From NCBI GenBank assembly GCA_036570185.1, contig DATCPH010000166.1:620-64619 (forward strand): a stretch of 64,000 bases of DNA, given 5' to 3'. How positions within the stretch are numbered: the first letter of the stretch is position 1; every line of letters starts with the position of its first letter. The notes under the pieces are model-generated. The model saw nothing but the letters and a program-made list of their open reading frames with translations, made no database searches and was not told the DNA's origin. The DNA comes from Candidatus Limnocylindrales bacterium (GTDB taxonomy: Bacteria > Chloroflexota > Limnocylindria > Limnocylindrales > CSP1-4). A program made the translations under genes and the position numbers. Shown in pieces: positions 1-9,910 of this stretch.

Positions 1-543
1 TTCAGGAGCCGCCCCAACGCCCCAATCGGCCAGCTGGTCATCGGGGCGATCATCGCCCTCGCGATCGTCGGCGGGCTCGCCTTCTACGGTGTGCTGCCCG
101 CCTATACCAAGGGCGTGACGTTCTTCGGGGACCTGAGCAAGGTCCCGACGTACTTCGTCTACGTCGCCTACGCGATTGCAATCGCGCTCGTGCTCATCGC
201 GATCGGATTTCTCGCCCTCCTCTTCGTGCGGCGCGACCTTGGTGTCGCCTACGTGGTCGTGGGCGGTGCGATCTGCGGGATCATCTCCGCCGTGATCTCG
301 GCGCCCATCTCGGCGATCGTCTTCGGAGGGGTGACCGGATCCGGGACCGACCTGCTGGTGGCTGCCTTCCAGCACGGCGGCTCGGATCTCCAGACCGCGG
401 TTCTCCAGCAGGGCCTGATCTCCGACCCGATCGACAAGACGGTCACGTACTTCGTCGTCTTCCTGTTGCTGCAGACCCTGTCACGGCGCTTCACGGCGCG
501 CTTCCCCCAGGGCGAGTACGCCGTCGGCCTGGTCGAGGGGTAG
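1..543 (+). CDS. ECF transporter substrate-specific (S) component, 5' truncated by the window edge
   Basis: The reading frame is open from nt 1 and stops at 541-543. The product is a hydrophobic multi-helix membrane protein. It sits immediately upstream of ecfT-ecfA-ecfA'. Confidence 0.5.
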   Translation, partial: FRSRPNAPIGQLVIGAIIALAIVGGLAFYGVLPAYTKGVTFFGDLSKVPTYFVYVAYAIAIALVLIAIGFLALLFVRRDLGVAYVVVGGAICGIISAVISAPISAIVFGGVTGSGTDLLVAAFQHGGSDLQTAVLQQGLISDPIDKTVTYFVVFLLLQTLSRRFTARFPQGEYAVGLVEG

Positions 544-697
544 GCCGATCGCCTCGGTTCCGAACGCGGAACCGGTCCTCGCCGCGGAGGACGCCGCGTT
601 CCTGGAACGCCTCGCGCCGCCGGCACCCAGCTCGTACCATCGGCTCAACCCACTGACGAAGGCGGTCGCAGCAACCGTCGAATCGATTGGCGCGTTC

Positions 698-1384
698 GTG
701 GTGGGCGGCTACCTCGGTCCGCTGGCAATCATCTGCCTGGCCGTCCTGCCCGCAGCGTGGCTGGCGGGCGTTCTCGGCCGCCTCGTCCGGGTGTCCGTCC
801 TCCTGACCTTTCCGATCGCGATCTCGGTCGTCCTTGTCAGTGTCTTCACTCGGGCCGGCACGACCGTCCTGTTCACGGTGGGGCCGTTCGATGCGACTCG
901 GGAGGGCGTCGATTTCGCCGGGCAGATTCTCGTTCGCCTGCTGGCGATCTCGACCGCCATCGGTCTGTTCGGCCTCACGACCGAACCCCGCGCCCTCGTC
1001 TTCGACTTCGAACGCCGGGGCCTTTCGCCGCGGTTCGCCTTCGTGGCGGCGGCCACGCTCGAGGCTGTCCCGGCGATGGTCGAGCGAGCGGGAACGATCC
1101 AGGCTGCCCAGCGCGCGCGCGGCCTCGACACGGAGGGCAGCCTTCCCGCCCGCCTGCGAGGCATCCTGCCATTGGTCGGCCCGGTCATCCTGTCGTCGTT
1201 GACCGAGGTCGAGGAGAGGAGTCTCGCCCTCGAGGTGCGGGCATTCGGACGGCCGGGCCGGCGACACCTGCTGTGGTCCATCCCCGACTCCACCGCGCAG
1301 CGAGCCGTTCGCTGGCTGCTCGCAATCGCCTTCGTCGCCGTCGTTGCCGCGCGGCTGACCGGCCGCTTCCCGGTAATCCCGTGA
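698..1384 (+). CDS. ecfT: ECF transporter transmembrane component EcfT (CbiQ family). The start probably lies upstream of the first GTG at 698.
   Basis: The polytopic membrane protein has the ERxxAxxxRG-type signature region (AAQRARGLD). The conserved N-terminal YHRLNPLTK motif is encoded in-frame at 635-661, upstream of any ATG/GTG/TTG. Confidence 0.75.
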   Translation: MVGGYLGPLAIICLAVLPAAWLAGVLGRLVRVSVLLTFPIAISVVLVSVFTRAGTTVLFTVGPFDATREGVDFAGQILVRLLAISTAIGLFGLTTEPRALVFDFERRGLSPRFAFVAAATLEAVPAMVERAGTIQAAQRARGLDTEGSLPARLRGILPLVGPVILSSLTEVEERSLALEVRAFGRPGRRHLLWSIPDSTAQRAVRWLLAIAFVAVVAARLTGRFPVIP

Positions 1385-1409
1385 ACCGGGTTCGGCCCTT
1401 CCCGATCTG

Positions 1410-2210
1410 ATGCTCGAGCTGCGGAACGCCACGTACCGCTATGCGGGCTACGCCCAACCGGTCCTTCACGACGTTTCGCTGACGGTCGACGACGGCGAGA
1501 TCGTCGGATTGATCGGGCCCAATGAGTCGGGCAAGTCCACCATCTGCCTCGTGGCATCCGGCCTGGCGCCGGCCTCGATCGGCGGCGGATTGACGGGCAC
1601 GCTCCTGGTCGACGGCCAGCCGATGACGGGCCGGCCCGTCTATGAGCTGGCGCAGCGCGTTGGCCTGGGCTTCCAGAATGCCAACACGCAACGATCCGGG
1701 GTTGCGGCGACCGTCTTCGAGGAGGTGGCACTCGGGCCGATGAACCTCGGATTGGAGGTGCCCGAGATCGTCGCGCGCGTCCATTCCGCGCTCGCCACCC
1801 TGTCCATCGAAGCCCTCGCGGAACGGCCGCCCGATCGACTCTCGGGCGGTCAGGCGCAGCTGGTCGCGATCGCGTCGCTGCTCGCGATGCGCCCTCGCCA
1901 GCTCATCCTCGACGAGCCGACGGCGCAGCTGGATCCGGAGGGAACGCGCCTCGTCGGTGAGGCGCTTCGCGCGCTCGGGTCGACCGGTACCGCCCTGCTG
2001 ATCGCGGAGCAAAAGACCGACCTTCTCGACGCGCTGTGCAGCCGCGTGATCGCGATCCAGTCCGGATCGATCGTCGCGGACGGCCCGACGGCCGAGGTGC
2101 TCGAAGACGAACGGATGATGACGTGGGGCGTCGAGCCGCCGTCACGGGTCCGCATCGATCGGACGCTGGCAGCCAATGGGCTTCATCTCCCGGCGGGGGC
2201 GTTGCAGTGA
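1410..2210 (+). CDS. ecfA: ECF transporter ATPase EcfA1
   Basis: The product has a Walker A motif (GPNESGKST) and the ABC signature LSGGQ. It is the first of two tandem ABC ATPases, which is typical of ECF modules. Confidence 0.85.
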   Translation: MLELRNATYRYAGYAQPVLHDVSLTVDDGEIVGLIGPNESGKSTICLVASGLAPASIGGGLTGTLLVDGQPMTGRPVYELAQRVGLGFQNANTQRSGVAATVFEEVALGPMNLGLEVPEIVARVHSALATLSIEALAERPPDRLSGGQAQLVAIASLLAMRPRQLILDEPTAQLDPEGTRLVGEALRALGSTGTALLIAEQKTDLLDALCSRVIAIQSGSIVADGPTAEVLEDERMMTWGVEPPSRVRIDRTLAANGLHLPAGALQ

Positions 2211-3013
2211 TCCGGATCAGCGGCCTCGTCCACGTGTACCCGGGCGGTACCCGTGCGCTGGATGGCGTGGACCTGAACATCGGTGACGGCGAGCGCCTCG
2301 CGATCGTGGGCCAGAACGGATCCGGAAAATCGACGCTGGTTCGCCATTTCAACGGCCTGCTCCGCGCGACGGAAGGGCGGGTCGAGGTCAACGGCCTCGA
2401 TGGAGCGACGGAGCGCGTCGCACGGTTGGCGGGGATCGTCGGCCTCGTCTTCCAGGATCCCGACCGACAGATCTTTGCCAGCCGGGTTCGAGGGGAGGTC
2501 GCCTTCGGCCCGCACAACCTGGGGATGCGAGGCGCCCAGTTGCGCGGCGCCGTCGACGGGGCACTCGAAGCCGTCGGCCTTGCCGGCCAGGCTGATCTCA
2601 ACCCGTATGACCTTGGCTTCTCGCGGCGGAAGCTGCTGGCGCTGGCGTCGGTGCTGGCGATGGGGACGCCGATCGTGGTCCTCGACGAGCCGACCACCGG
2701 TCAGGACGCACGCGGGATCGGCCGCATCAAACAGATCGTCGAGGACCTCTCAGCCGCCGGCCGGACCGTGGTGGCGATCAGCCACGACATGCGGTTCGTG
2801 GCTGAGGCGTTCGAGCGGGTCGTCGTCATGCACACCGGCACGGTGATCCTCGATGGCGCACCGGCTGATGTCTTCGGCGAGCGGAGCTGGCCCGCGCTGG
2901 CATCGACCTACCTTGAGCCACCCCTCGCGGCACGGGTGGGTGCCCGGATGAGGCTTGGGTCGACCCCAACGGAGTCGGCACTCGTCGAGGCTCTACGCTC
3001 AACTCCAGGCTGA
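2207..3013 (+). CDS. ECF transporter ATPase EcfA2
   Basis: A GTG start (VIRISGLVHVY) overlaps the ecfA1 TGA as GTGA. The product has a Walker A motif (GQNGSGKST). The long N-terminal extension in the ORF track overlaps ecfA1 and is rejected. Confidence 0.85.
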   Translation: MIRISGLVHVYPGGTRALDGVDLNIGDGERLAIVGQNGSGKSTLVRHFNGLLRATEGRVEVNGLDGATERVARLAGIVGLVFQDPDRQIFASRVRGEVAFGPHNLGMRGAQLRGAVDGALEAVGLAGQADLNPYDLGFSRRKLLALASVLAMGTPIVVLDEPTTGQDARGIGRIKQIVEDLSAAGRTVVAISHDMRFVAEAFERVVVMHTGTVILDGAPADVFGERSWPALASTYLEPPLAARVGARMRLGSTPTESALVEALRSTPG

Positions 3014-3085
3014 GACCTTCGCGGATGCGACCCCTTCGGCTACGCTGGCCCCTTCGGCGCGGACACGACATCGAGAGAGGCCGGC

Positions 3086-6000
3086 GTGATCTGTTCGAAC
3101 TGCGGGACCGAAAATCCGGCCGGCACCAAGTTCTGCATGGAATGCGCGACGCCACTGGCGGTGGTCTGTCCGGTCTGCGGACACGCGAACCTCCCGGCGG
3201 CCAAGTTCTGCGGCGAATGCGCGACGCCACTGGTTGGGCAGGCGGCCCAGGGGGCTGCGGCGTCCGGCGCCATCGCCGGCAGTTCGCCGATCCAGCTGCT
3301 ACCCGATTCGGAGCCGGCCGTGGAGCGGCGCCTCGTGTCGATCCTCTTTGCCGACCTGGTCGGCTTCACGCCGTATACCGAAGCGCGCGACGCTGAGGAG
3401 GTCCGGGACACCCTCGATCGCTACTTCGAGATCGCCCGCAACTCCATCGAGCGCCACGGCGGCACGGTCGAGAAGTTCATCGGCGACGCGGTCATGGCCG
3501 TCTGGGGCGCGCCGGTCGCCCGCGAGGACGACGCCGAGCGGGCGGTGCGGGCCGCCCTCGAGCTGGTGGACGCGGTCACGCCCCTGGGCGTCAAGGCCCG
3601 GGCCGGGGTCCTGACCGGGGAGGCCGCGGTCAACGTCGGCGCGATTGGCGAGGGCATGGTGGTGGGCGACATCGTCAACACCGCCGCGCGGCTCCAGTCG
3701 GTCGCCGACCCGGGCACCGTCCTCGTCGGCGAGTCGACCTATCGCGCGGCATCGCGTGCAATCGCCTTCGAGCCGGCCGGCGATCAGACGTTGAAGGGCA
3801 AGGCCAGTCCGGTTGCGGCCTGGCGGGCGCTGCGGGTGACCTCCGAGCGCGGTGGGCGCAACCGCGGCGAGGGCCTCGAGGCGCCGTTCGTGGGCCGGAC
3901 CGAAGAGCTGCGGCTCATCAAGGACCTCTTTCACGCGACGGGGCGCGAAGGCCGGGTCCGGCTCGTCTCGGTCATGGGCCCCGCCGGGATCGGCAAGACG
4001 AGGCTCGCAAGAGAGTTCCTGAAGTACCTCGACGGCCTCGTCGACACAGTGCTGTGGCACGACGGGCGCTCGCCCGCATATGGCGAGGGCATCACCTTCT
4101 GGGCCCTGGGCGAAATGGTGCGCGGGCGCGCTGGTCTCCTCGAGACCGATGACGAGCGCACGACCCGGGACAAGATCACGGCCGTGATCGCCGCCCACGT
4201 CGCTGACGAGGCTGAGCGGCGCTGGATCGAGCCGGCCCTCTTGGCGCTCTTGGGCCTCGAGGCCGGCGCACGCTCCGACGAGCTCTTCGCGGCTTGGCGG
4301 ACGTTCTTCGAGCGCCTGGCGGCCGCCAACCCTGTTGTGCTGGTATTCGAGGACTTCCATTTCGCAGACCCGGGCCTGATCGACTTCGTCGATCACCTCC
4401 TCGACTGGTCCAAGGGAGTTCCGATTTACGTCGTCACCCTCGCCCGGCTCGAGCTCCTCGAGCGGCGCCCGAACTGGGGCGCCGGCAAGCGCAGCTTCGT
4501 GTCGCTCGCCCTCGAGCCGCTTCCCGAGCCGGCCATGCGAGAGCTCATTGGCGGGCTCGTGCCCGGGCTGCCCGAACGGGCGATCCGCTCGATCGTCACC
4601 AGGGCCGATGGGATCCCGCTGTATGCCGTCGAGACTGTCCGGATGCTCGTCGCAAATGGGCAGCTCGTCCGCGACGACGCCGCCTATCGTCCGATCGGCG
4701 ACCTCTCGGACCTGGCCGTGCCCGAAACTCTCACGGCGTTGATCACGAGCCGCCTCGATGGCCTGGAGCGCCTCGATCGGGAGCTGATGGCCGATGCCGC
4801 GGTCCTCGGCCAGAGCTTCACAACGGCCGCTCTCGCGGCAGTCGCCGCCCTCGCGGAGGGCGATCTGGAACCTCGCCTGCGAAGCCTCGTTCGGCATGAG
4901 CTCCTCACGATGGAGGCCGATCCGCGGTCTGCGGAGCGGGGCCAGTACGCGTTCGTCCAGGCCCTCATCCGGGAGGTGGCCTACAACACGATCGCGAAGC
5001 GTGACCGCAAGACCCGCCACCTCGCCGCCGCGCGCTTCTTCGAAGGGCTCGGCTCGGACGAGCTGGCCGGCGCTCTCGCCGGCCACTACCTGGCGGCCCA
5101 CCGCAACGCGCCCGACGGACCCGAGGCCGATGCGCTCGCCGCTCAGGCCCGGATCGCCCTCCGCGCCGCCGCCGATCGAGCAGTTGCCCTCGGTGCCCAC
5201 GAACAGGCGGTGGCGTTCCTGGAGGAGGCCGTCAACATCACAATGGATCGGGCCGAGCGGGCAGACTTGCTCGAGCGCGCCGGCAGCTCCGCCTCGATGG
5301 CGGGTCGCCATGAGGCCGCTGAGCTCCACCTTCGTCGGGCGATCGACCTCTACCGAGAGCTCGGCGACAGGACTGCCATCTGTGGGGCGACCGCCTCTCT
5401 CGGCCGGGTCCTCATCTCCAGCCGCCAGACCGACGTCGGCGAGACGCTCCTCGAGGCGGCTCGCGCCGAGTTTGCGGACCTCGAGGCCGCTCCCGCCGGA
5501 GCAGCGATCGGCGGCCAGCTCGCTCGCGCGGCCTACCTCAATGGGAATGTGCGGCGGGCCATCGAGATCGCTGATCCGGTGCTCGAGACTGCCGAGCATC
5601 TCGACCTCGGACCGATCGTGGCCGACACCCTCATCACCAAGGGATCAGCGCTCGCCCAGCTCGGCCGGATGACGGAGGGTCTTGCCCTGTTGCGGGCCGG
5701 CCAGGACCTGGCGGAGAGGCACGGACTCTCGGAGGCCGTGTCCCGGGCGATGTCCAACCGCGCCTGGTACGAGGTCTACCAGGACCCCAGATCGGTCCTC
5801 GAAATGGTCCGTCTGGGAATGGTCGTCGCCCACCGCTCGGGCGTCCGAAATCCGGTCATCATCGGGAACGGCGCCTACGCGGCGCTCCGCATCGGCGAGT
5901 GGACCTGGGCCGTCACCGCCCTCGAAGGCGAGCTTGCCGAGGATCTCGAGCCGCCGGATCGCTCTGAGCTGCTCGTGTGGCTCACCTGGTTCCGCGCGCT

Positions 6001-6613
6001 GGTTGGCAACCAGACGGACGACCTGGTCGCCGAGATCTTGCGGCTGAACGCGGGCGCAACCGATATCTACCGCCGCCTGGCCGGCATCTGGGCGCGTGCG
6101 CCCATCGCGTTCGTGGCGGGTCGGTTCCGGGAGGCACACGACGATTGGCGCGCGGCGATGGACGAGTTCGGGTCCCCCGCGGATCTCCCACTTCCGGCAC
6201 GAGCGGCGCTGTGGGCCCGCGACGCTGACCTGGCCCGCGAGGATCTCGCGGCATTTGACGCCGCCGGCGTCCATGGGCCTCCACTGGAAGCCGACAGGGC
6301 GACGATCAGGGCCGGCATCGCGGCGCTCGAAGGTCGATCGTCCGACGCCCTTGGGTTGTACCGCGAGGCGCTGCGGGCCTGGCGCGATCTCGGCATGGCC
6401 TGGGACGAGGCACAGACCGGGCTCGACATGGCGACATTCCTCGATCCATCGGAACCGGAGGTCAGGGCCGCAGCCGATGCTGCTCGCGAAATATTCGCGC
6501 GGCTTGGGGCGAGGCCCTTCCTCGAACGACTCGACGCGGCGGTGGGGCGTGCTGCCGCGAAGCCCAATCACATCGCGACGGTGGGGGCGAAGGCGATTCC
6601 CACCGAGGTCTGA
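3086..6613 (+). CDS. Double zinc-ribbon / class III nucleotidyl cyclase / AAA (STAND-like) ATPase / TPR multidomain signalling protein
   Basis: Two CxxC...CxxC zinc ribbons lie at the N-terminus. The cyclase homology domain carries FADLVGFT, KFIGDAVMAVWG and VNTAARL. A P-loop (GPAGIGKTRLA) and a long TPR-like helical C-terminus follow. There is no HTH. A GTG start is preceded by GAGAGAGG. Confidence 0.85.
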   Translation: MICSNCGTENPAGTKFCMECATPLAVVCPVCGHANLPAAKFCGECATPLVGQAAQGAAASGAIAGSSPIQLLPDSEPAVERRLVSILFADLVGFTPYTEARDAEEVRDTLDRYFEIARNSIERHGGTVEKFIGDAVMAVWGAPVAREDDAERAVRAALELVDAVTPLGVKARAGVLTGEAAVNVGAIGEGMVVGDIVNTAARLQSVADPGTVLVGESTYRAASRAIAFEPAGDQTLKGKASPVAAWRALRVTSERGGRNRGEGLEAPFVGRTEELRLIKDLFHATGREGRVRLVSVMGPAGIGKTRLAREFLKYLDGLVDTVLWHDGRSPAYGEGITFWALGEMVRGRAGLLETDDERTTRDKITAVIAAHVADEAERRWIEPALLALLGLEAGARSDELFAAWRTFFERLAAANPVVLVFEDFHFADPGLIDFVDHLLDWSKGVPIYVVTLARLELLERRPNWGAGKRSFVSLALEPLPEPAMRELIGGLVPGLPERAIRSIVTRADGIPLYAVETVRMLVANGQLVRDDAAYRPIGDLSDLAVPETLTALITSRLDGLERLDRELMADAAVLGQSFTTAALAAVAALAEGDLEPRLRSLVRHELLTMEADPRSAERGQYAFVQALIREVAYNTIAKRDRKTRHLAAARFFEGLGSDELAGALAGHYLAAHRNAPDGPEADALAAQARIALRAAADRAVALGAHEQAVAFLEEAVNITMDRAERADLLERAGSSASMAGRHEAAELHLRRAIDLYRELGDRTAICGATASLGRVLISSRQTDVGETLLEAARAEFADLEAAPAGAAIGGQLARAAYLNGNVRRAIEIADPVLETAEHLDLGPIVADTLITKGSALAQLGRMTEGLALLRAGQDLAERHGLSEAVSRAMSNRAWYEVYQDPRSVLEMVRLGMVVAHRSGVRNPVIIGNGAYAALRIGEWTWAVTALEGELAEDLEPPDRSELLVWLTWFRALVGNQTDDLVAEILRLNAGATDIYRRLAGIWARAPIAFVAGRFREAHDDWRAAMDEFGSPADLPLPARAALWARDADLAREDLAAFDAAGVHGPPLEADRATIRAGIAALEGRSSDALGLYREALRAWRDLGMAWDEAQTGLDMATFLDPSEPEVRAAADAAREIFARLGARPFLERLDAAVGRAAAKPNHIATVGAKAIPTEV

Positions 6614-6732
6614 CCCCTCTACGGGGCGGTTGCTGATCGCCGGTCACGCCAGGGGGCCGACTCGCGGCAACTCCCTCCTGGCCCGGCCGACCAGCCCGGG
6701 ACCGCGGGGCCTGACGCCGACCGATCGGGCGT

Positions 6733-9381
6733 TCAGGCGCTGGTCCGGACCGGCCCCGGTGCCGCGAGGACGGATTCGATCACCTCCTCGATCGGCGTTC
6801 CGGCTACCTCCGCAAGGAGCGCGGAGGCACGCTCCGTGCCGAGCGTCTCCACGGCAAGCGTGTCCGGGTCCATCAGGTGGAGCACCTTCGCCGGCGCGAT
6901 CATCACATTCTTCTGGCGGCCGAACTCGAGGGCGGCCCCCGCGATACGGGCCCCGAATTCTGGCTCGCCGAAGCGAATCTGGATGATTGCCGCCATGCCG
7001 AGCGATCTCGCGATGCCCGAGGCCATGTCGCGCTCCGAGAAGATCCGGAGCCCCTCGGTGAGGCGTTGCCAGGCCGTCGCGACATCGTCGAGCTGAGCGT
7101 AGATGGCTGCCAGCAGGGTCAGGCTGTCTGCGACCTGGGACATCGACTCCGCGCGCCGGAACGCGGCGAGCGTCCCCTCGGCACCGTCGCGCGCCGCCGC
7201 GTAGTCGCCGGCCAGGAAGTCGACGAGGACGAGCGCCTGGTGCGCCCGCGTCACGGACGCTTCTTCGCCGGCCGAGGTATAGAGCTCCAGCGCCCGCTCG
7301 GCGTGCTCGCGCAGCTGCTGGCCCTGCCACGAGACCATGTACAGGAAGGCGATGTCGTAGTGCGCGTCTGCCAGTTGGATCGGATCGTCGAGCGTCTCGG
7401 CCAGCCGGAGACGCTCCTCGTATCGAAGCCGCGACCCGTCGAAGTCCTCCATCCAGTAGGCCAGCCCGCCGTCGGCCGCCAAGCCGGCGATCCGGAGTCG
7501 GGGATCGCTCTTCGACTCCGGCCGCGCGAGGACCTCCGCGAGAACTGACCGGGCCTCGCGGAGCCGGCCCCGCTGCTGGTACCAGCGCCACGTTGCTGAC
7601 GTGATCCGCTGGCCGACGATGACGTCGCCGGTCCGCAGCGACCAATCGATCGCGGCCCGGACGTTGTGCTGGTCGCGGTCGAGGCGCCTGAGGGCATCGT
7701 CTCCATGGGAGCCCAGGATCGCACCGCCGACCGTCTCGGCGATGCCGACGAACACCGCGGCGTGACGCGCCTCGACCGCGCCTCGCTCTCCGCTGGCGTC
7801 CAGCCGTTCCAGCGCGTACTCCTGGAGCAGAGGGTGCATCGAAAATCGCGTCTCGCCGTCAACCTCGCCAATGTCGATTCGGATGAGGCTCTTGTCCGCC
7901 AGGGACTCGAGGCCGACCAGGAGGTCAATGCCCAGGTCATCGTCCGCATCGACGATCGAGGCGGCGTCCGACGCCGTCCAGCCGCCGGCGAACACCGCCA
8001 GCCGGCGGAACAGCCGCTGTTCGGCCTTCGAGAGCAGCTCGTAACTCCAGTCGATGGCGCTCCGGCGCGTCCGCTGGCGATCAGGGAGGTCACGGGCACC
8101 GCCGCCCAGATCGAGACTACGCCCGAGCTGCTCGAGGATCGCCGTTGGTGCGAAGATCCGGATCCGCGCGGCGGCGAGCTCGATTGCCAGCGGCAGCCCC
8201 CCGAGCCGGTCGCAGATCGCGAGGATGGCGGCCTTCGACTCCTCGGTGAGCACGAGATCGGGCCGCAGGGCTCGGGCACGCTCTTCGAACAGTCGGACGC
8301 CCGCATCGACGTCCAGGGCCGGCACGAGATGGCCGCGCTCGCCGCCGATCCTGAGCAACTCCCGACTGGTCACCAGGAAGCGGACGCGCTGACCGCCGCG
8401 AGCCAGCGCGCCGACCCCTGGCGCGGCGTCCGGCAGCAGCTGCTCGAGGTTGTCCAGGAGCAACAGCACCTCTCGATCTCGCAGGTAGGTGCGAACCGCC
8501 TCCTCCGTGGTCCGCTCGCCGGACTCGCGGACGCCAACGACCGCCGCGATCGCGTCGTCGACCAAGGCCGGGTCGCGAACCGCCGCGAGGTCCACGAACC
8601 AGACGCCGTGCGGGAACCGGCCACGGACGGCCTCGGCCACGCCAATTGCGAGGCGGGTCTTGCCACTGCCGCCGGGCCCGGTGAGTGTCAGGATCCGGGT
8701 CTCCAGGAGGACCGCGTTCAGGAGATCGATCTCGGCTTCGCGGCCGACCAGCGAGGTGGTCTCGTGCGGCAGGTTTGACGGCGTCTCCAGGGTCCGCAGC
8801 GGACGGGTGTCGTCGGCGGCGCCCGGTACCGTGAGGCGATGCAGGCGGGCGGGCTCCTCGAAGTCCTTGAGGAGCCGGAGGCCCTCGTCGATGACGAACG
8901 CGCCGGTCTCCGACCTGATCCGCTCGAATTCGGGACGGACGGCGGTCGCGAGGGCGTCCGACATCAGGACCTGGCCGCCGTTGGCTGCGGCGGCGATCCG
9001 AGCCGTGTAGTTCACGTCGATGCCGACGTAGTCGAGGGGATCCTCCGGAGTCCGTTGCTGGCGCAGCCGGCCTTCGCCCAGGTGGAGGCCGGCCCGAATG
9101 CGGAGCGCCCGTCCGTCCGGCCACGGTGCAGTGGCGATCGCCCGCTGGGCTGCCGCGATCGCCTCGATCGCTCGCCCCGGGTCGGCGAACGCGGCAAACA
9201 CGGCGTCGCCCTCGGTCTTGACGACGGCGCCGTCAGCCGACTCAATCGCACCCCGGAGGAGCCGCTCGTGCTCGGCAACCACCGTCGCCCAGGTCGAGGC
9301 GCCCACGGCGCGCTCGAGTTGCGTGGAGCCCTCGATGTCCGTGAACAGGAACGTCACGGCGGGGCCGGTCGGCAAGGTCAT
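6733..9381 (-). CDS. Class III nucleotidyl cyclase / AAA (STAND-like) ATPase / TPR signalling protein
   Basis: The N-terminal cyclase domain carries FLFTDIEGST, KTEGDAVFAAF and VNYTARIAAA. A P-loop (GPGGSGKTRLA) and a TPR-like C-terminus follow. The gene is convergent with the preceding cyclase gene. Confidence 0.85.
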   Translation of the reverse strand: MTLPTGPAVTFLFTDIEGSTQLERAVGASTWATVVAEHERLLRGAIESADGAVVKTEGDAVFAAFADPGRAIEAIAAAQRAIATAPWPDGRALRIRAGLHLGEGRLRQQRTPEDPLDYVGIDVNYTARIAAAANGGQVLMSDALATAVRPEFERIRSETGAFVIDEGLRLLKDFEEPARLHRLTVPGAADDTRPLRTLETPSNLPHETTSLVGREAEIDLLNAVLLETRILTLTGPGGSGKTRLAIGVAEAVRGRFPHGVWFVDLAAVRDPALVDDAIAAVVGVRESGERTTEEAVRTYLRDREVLLLLDNLEQLLPDAAPGVGALARGGQRVRFLVTSRELLRIGGERGHLVPALDVDAGVRLFEERARALRPDLVLTEESKAAILAICDRLGGLPLAIELAAARIRIFAPTAILEQLGRSLDLGGGARDLPDRQRTRRSAIDWSYELLSKAEQRLFRRLAVFAGGWTASDAASIVDADDDLGIDLLVGLESLADKSLIRIDIGEVDGETRFSMHPLLQEYALERLDASGERGAVEARHAAVFVGIAETVGGAILGSHGDDALRRLDRDQHNVRAAIDWSLRTGDVIVGQRITSATWRWYQQRGRLREARSVLAEVLARPESKSDPRLRIAGLAADGGLAYWMEDFDGSRLRYEERLRLAETLDDPIQLADAHYDIAFLYMVSWQGQQLREHAERALELYTSAGEEASVTRAHQALVLVDFLAGDYAAARDGAEGTLAAFRRAESMSQVADSLTLLAAIYAQLDDVATAWQRLTEGLRIFSERDMASGIARSLGMAAIIQIRFGEPEFGARIAGAALEFGRQKNVMIAPAKVLHLMDPDTLAVETLGTERASALLAEVAGTPIEEVIESVLAAPGPVRTSA

Positions 9382-9441
9382 GCCGGTATTGTCGCGGTAG
9401 CGAGCAACCGGCGGCAGATCGAGAGCGGGTTCCCGGTGACC

Positions 9442-9900
9442 TCAGTCCTCGACGCGACGCGTTTGCCGGGCGCTCGCGACGAGGAGCAGGAACGACGTCT
9501 CGACGATGTCGACCCCGGCGATCACCGCGGCGATCACGATCGGCAGGGGATGTCCCAGGACCCAGCCGGCGGCCGCGGCAAAGGCGGCGGCGGCAAGAAA
9601 AACGAACCGGATCCCGCGCACCATCGCCGCCAGATCGAGGTCCGACTCCGCCCCCGAAGGCACGGTGCCGGTACCGGCAGTGCGCGCCTCTTCGATCCGC
9701 TGGAGTGCCATCCCGAGGAGTCGCAGCCCGAGAACGACGGCCACCGCCGCCAGGAATGCGCGGACGATTGCCGGCGGTGCCGCGATCGCGTCGAGAGCGT
9801 GGCCGGCCCCGCCGGCGATCATGGCGGCACCGATCGCCGCCAGCCCCAGGCCCAGCGCCAGCGCTGCCGTCAGGCGCGGGGAAAGGCGCGCTGCGTTCAA
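9442..9900 (-). CDS. Small hypothetical membrane protein with 3-4 predicted TM helices
   Basis: A hydrophobic ORF lies immediately downstream of mec+. A TTG at 9898-9900 is preceded by GAGAGGA. An alternative ATG start is at 9822. The long N-terminal extension in the ORF track overlaps mec+ and is rejected. Confidence 0.4.
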   Translation of the reverse strand: MNAARLSPRLTAALALGLGLAAIGAAMIAGGAGHALDAIAAPPAIVRAFLAAVAVVLGLRLLGMALQRIEEARTAGTGTVPSGAESDLDLAAMVRGIRFVFLAAAAFAAAAGWVLGHPLPIVIAAVIAGVDIVETSFLLLVASARQTRRVED

Positions 9901-9910
9901 AGGAGTCCTC

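Noticed and set aside
709-1731. 340-aa minus-strand ORF over ecfT/ecfA
   Set aside because: Arg/Pro/Ser-rich and antisense to conserved ECF genes.
2036-2206. N-terminal 57 codons of the track ORF for ecfA2
   Set aside because: Overlaps ecfA1 in another frame and is Arg-rich. The conserved ABC N-terminus begins at the GTG at 2207, which overlaps the ecfA1 stop.
3299-5599. 766-aa minus-strand ORF inside the first cyclase-AAA-TPR gene
   Set aside because: Arg/Gly/Asp-rich low-complexity translation antisense to a gene with clear domain homology. This is typical high-GC antisense open frame.
6614-6732. Possible bidirectional terminator between the convergent cyclase genes (GCCTGACGCC ... GGCGTTCAGGC imperfect hairpin near 6711-6750)
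   Set aside because: The stem has a bulge and no flanking T/A tract. This is too weak to call as a feature.
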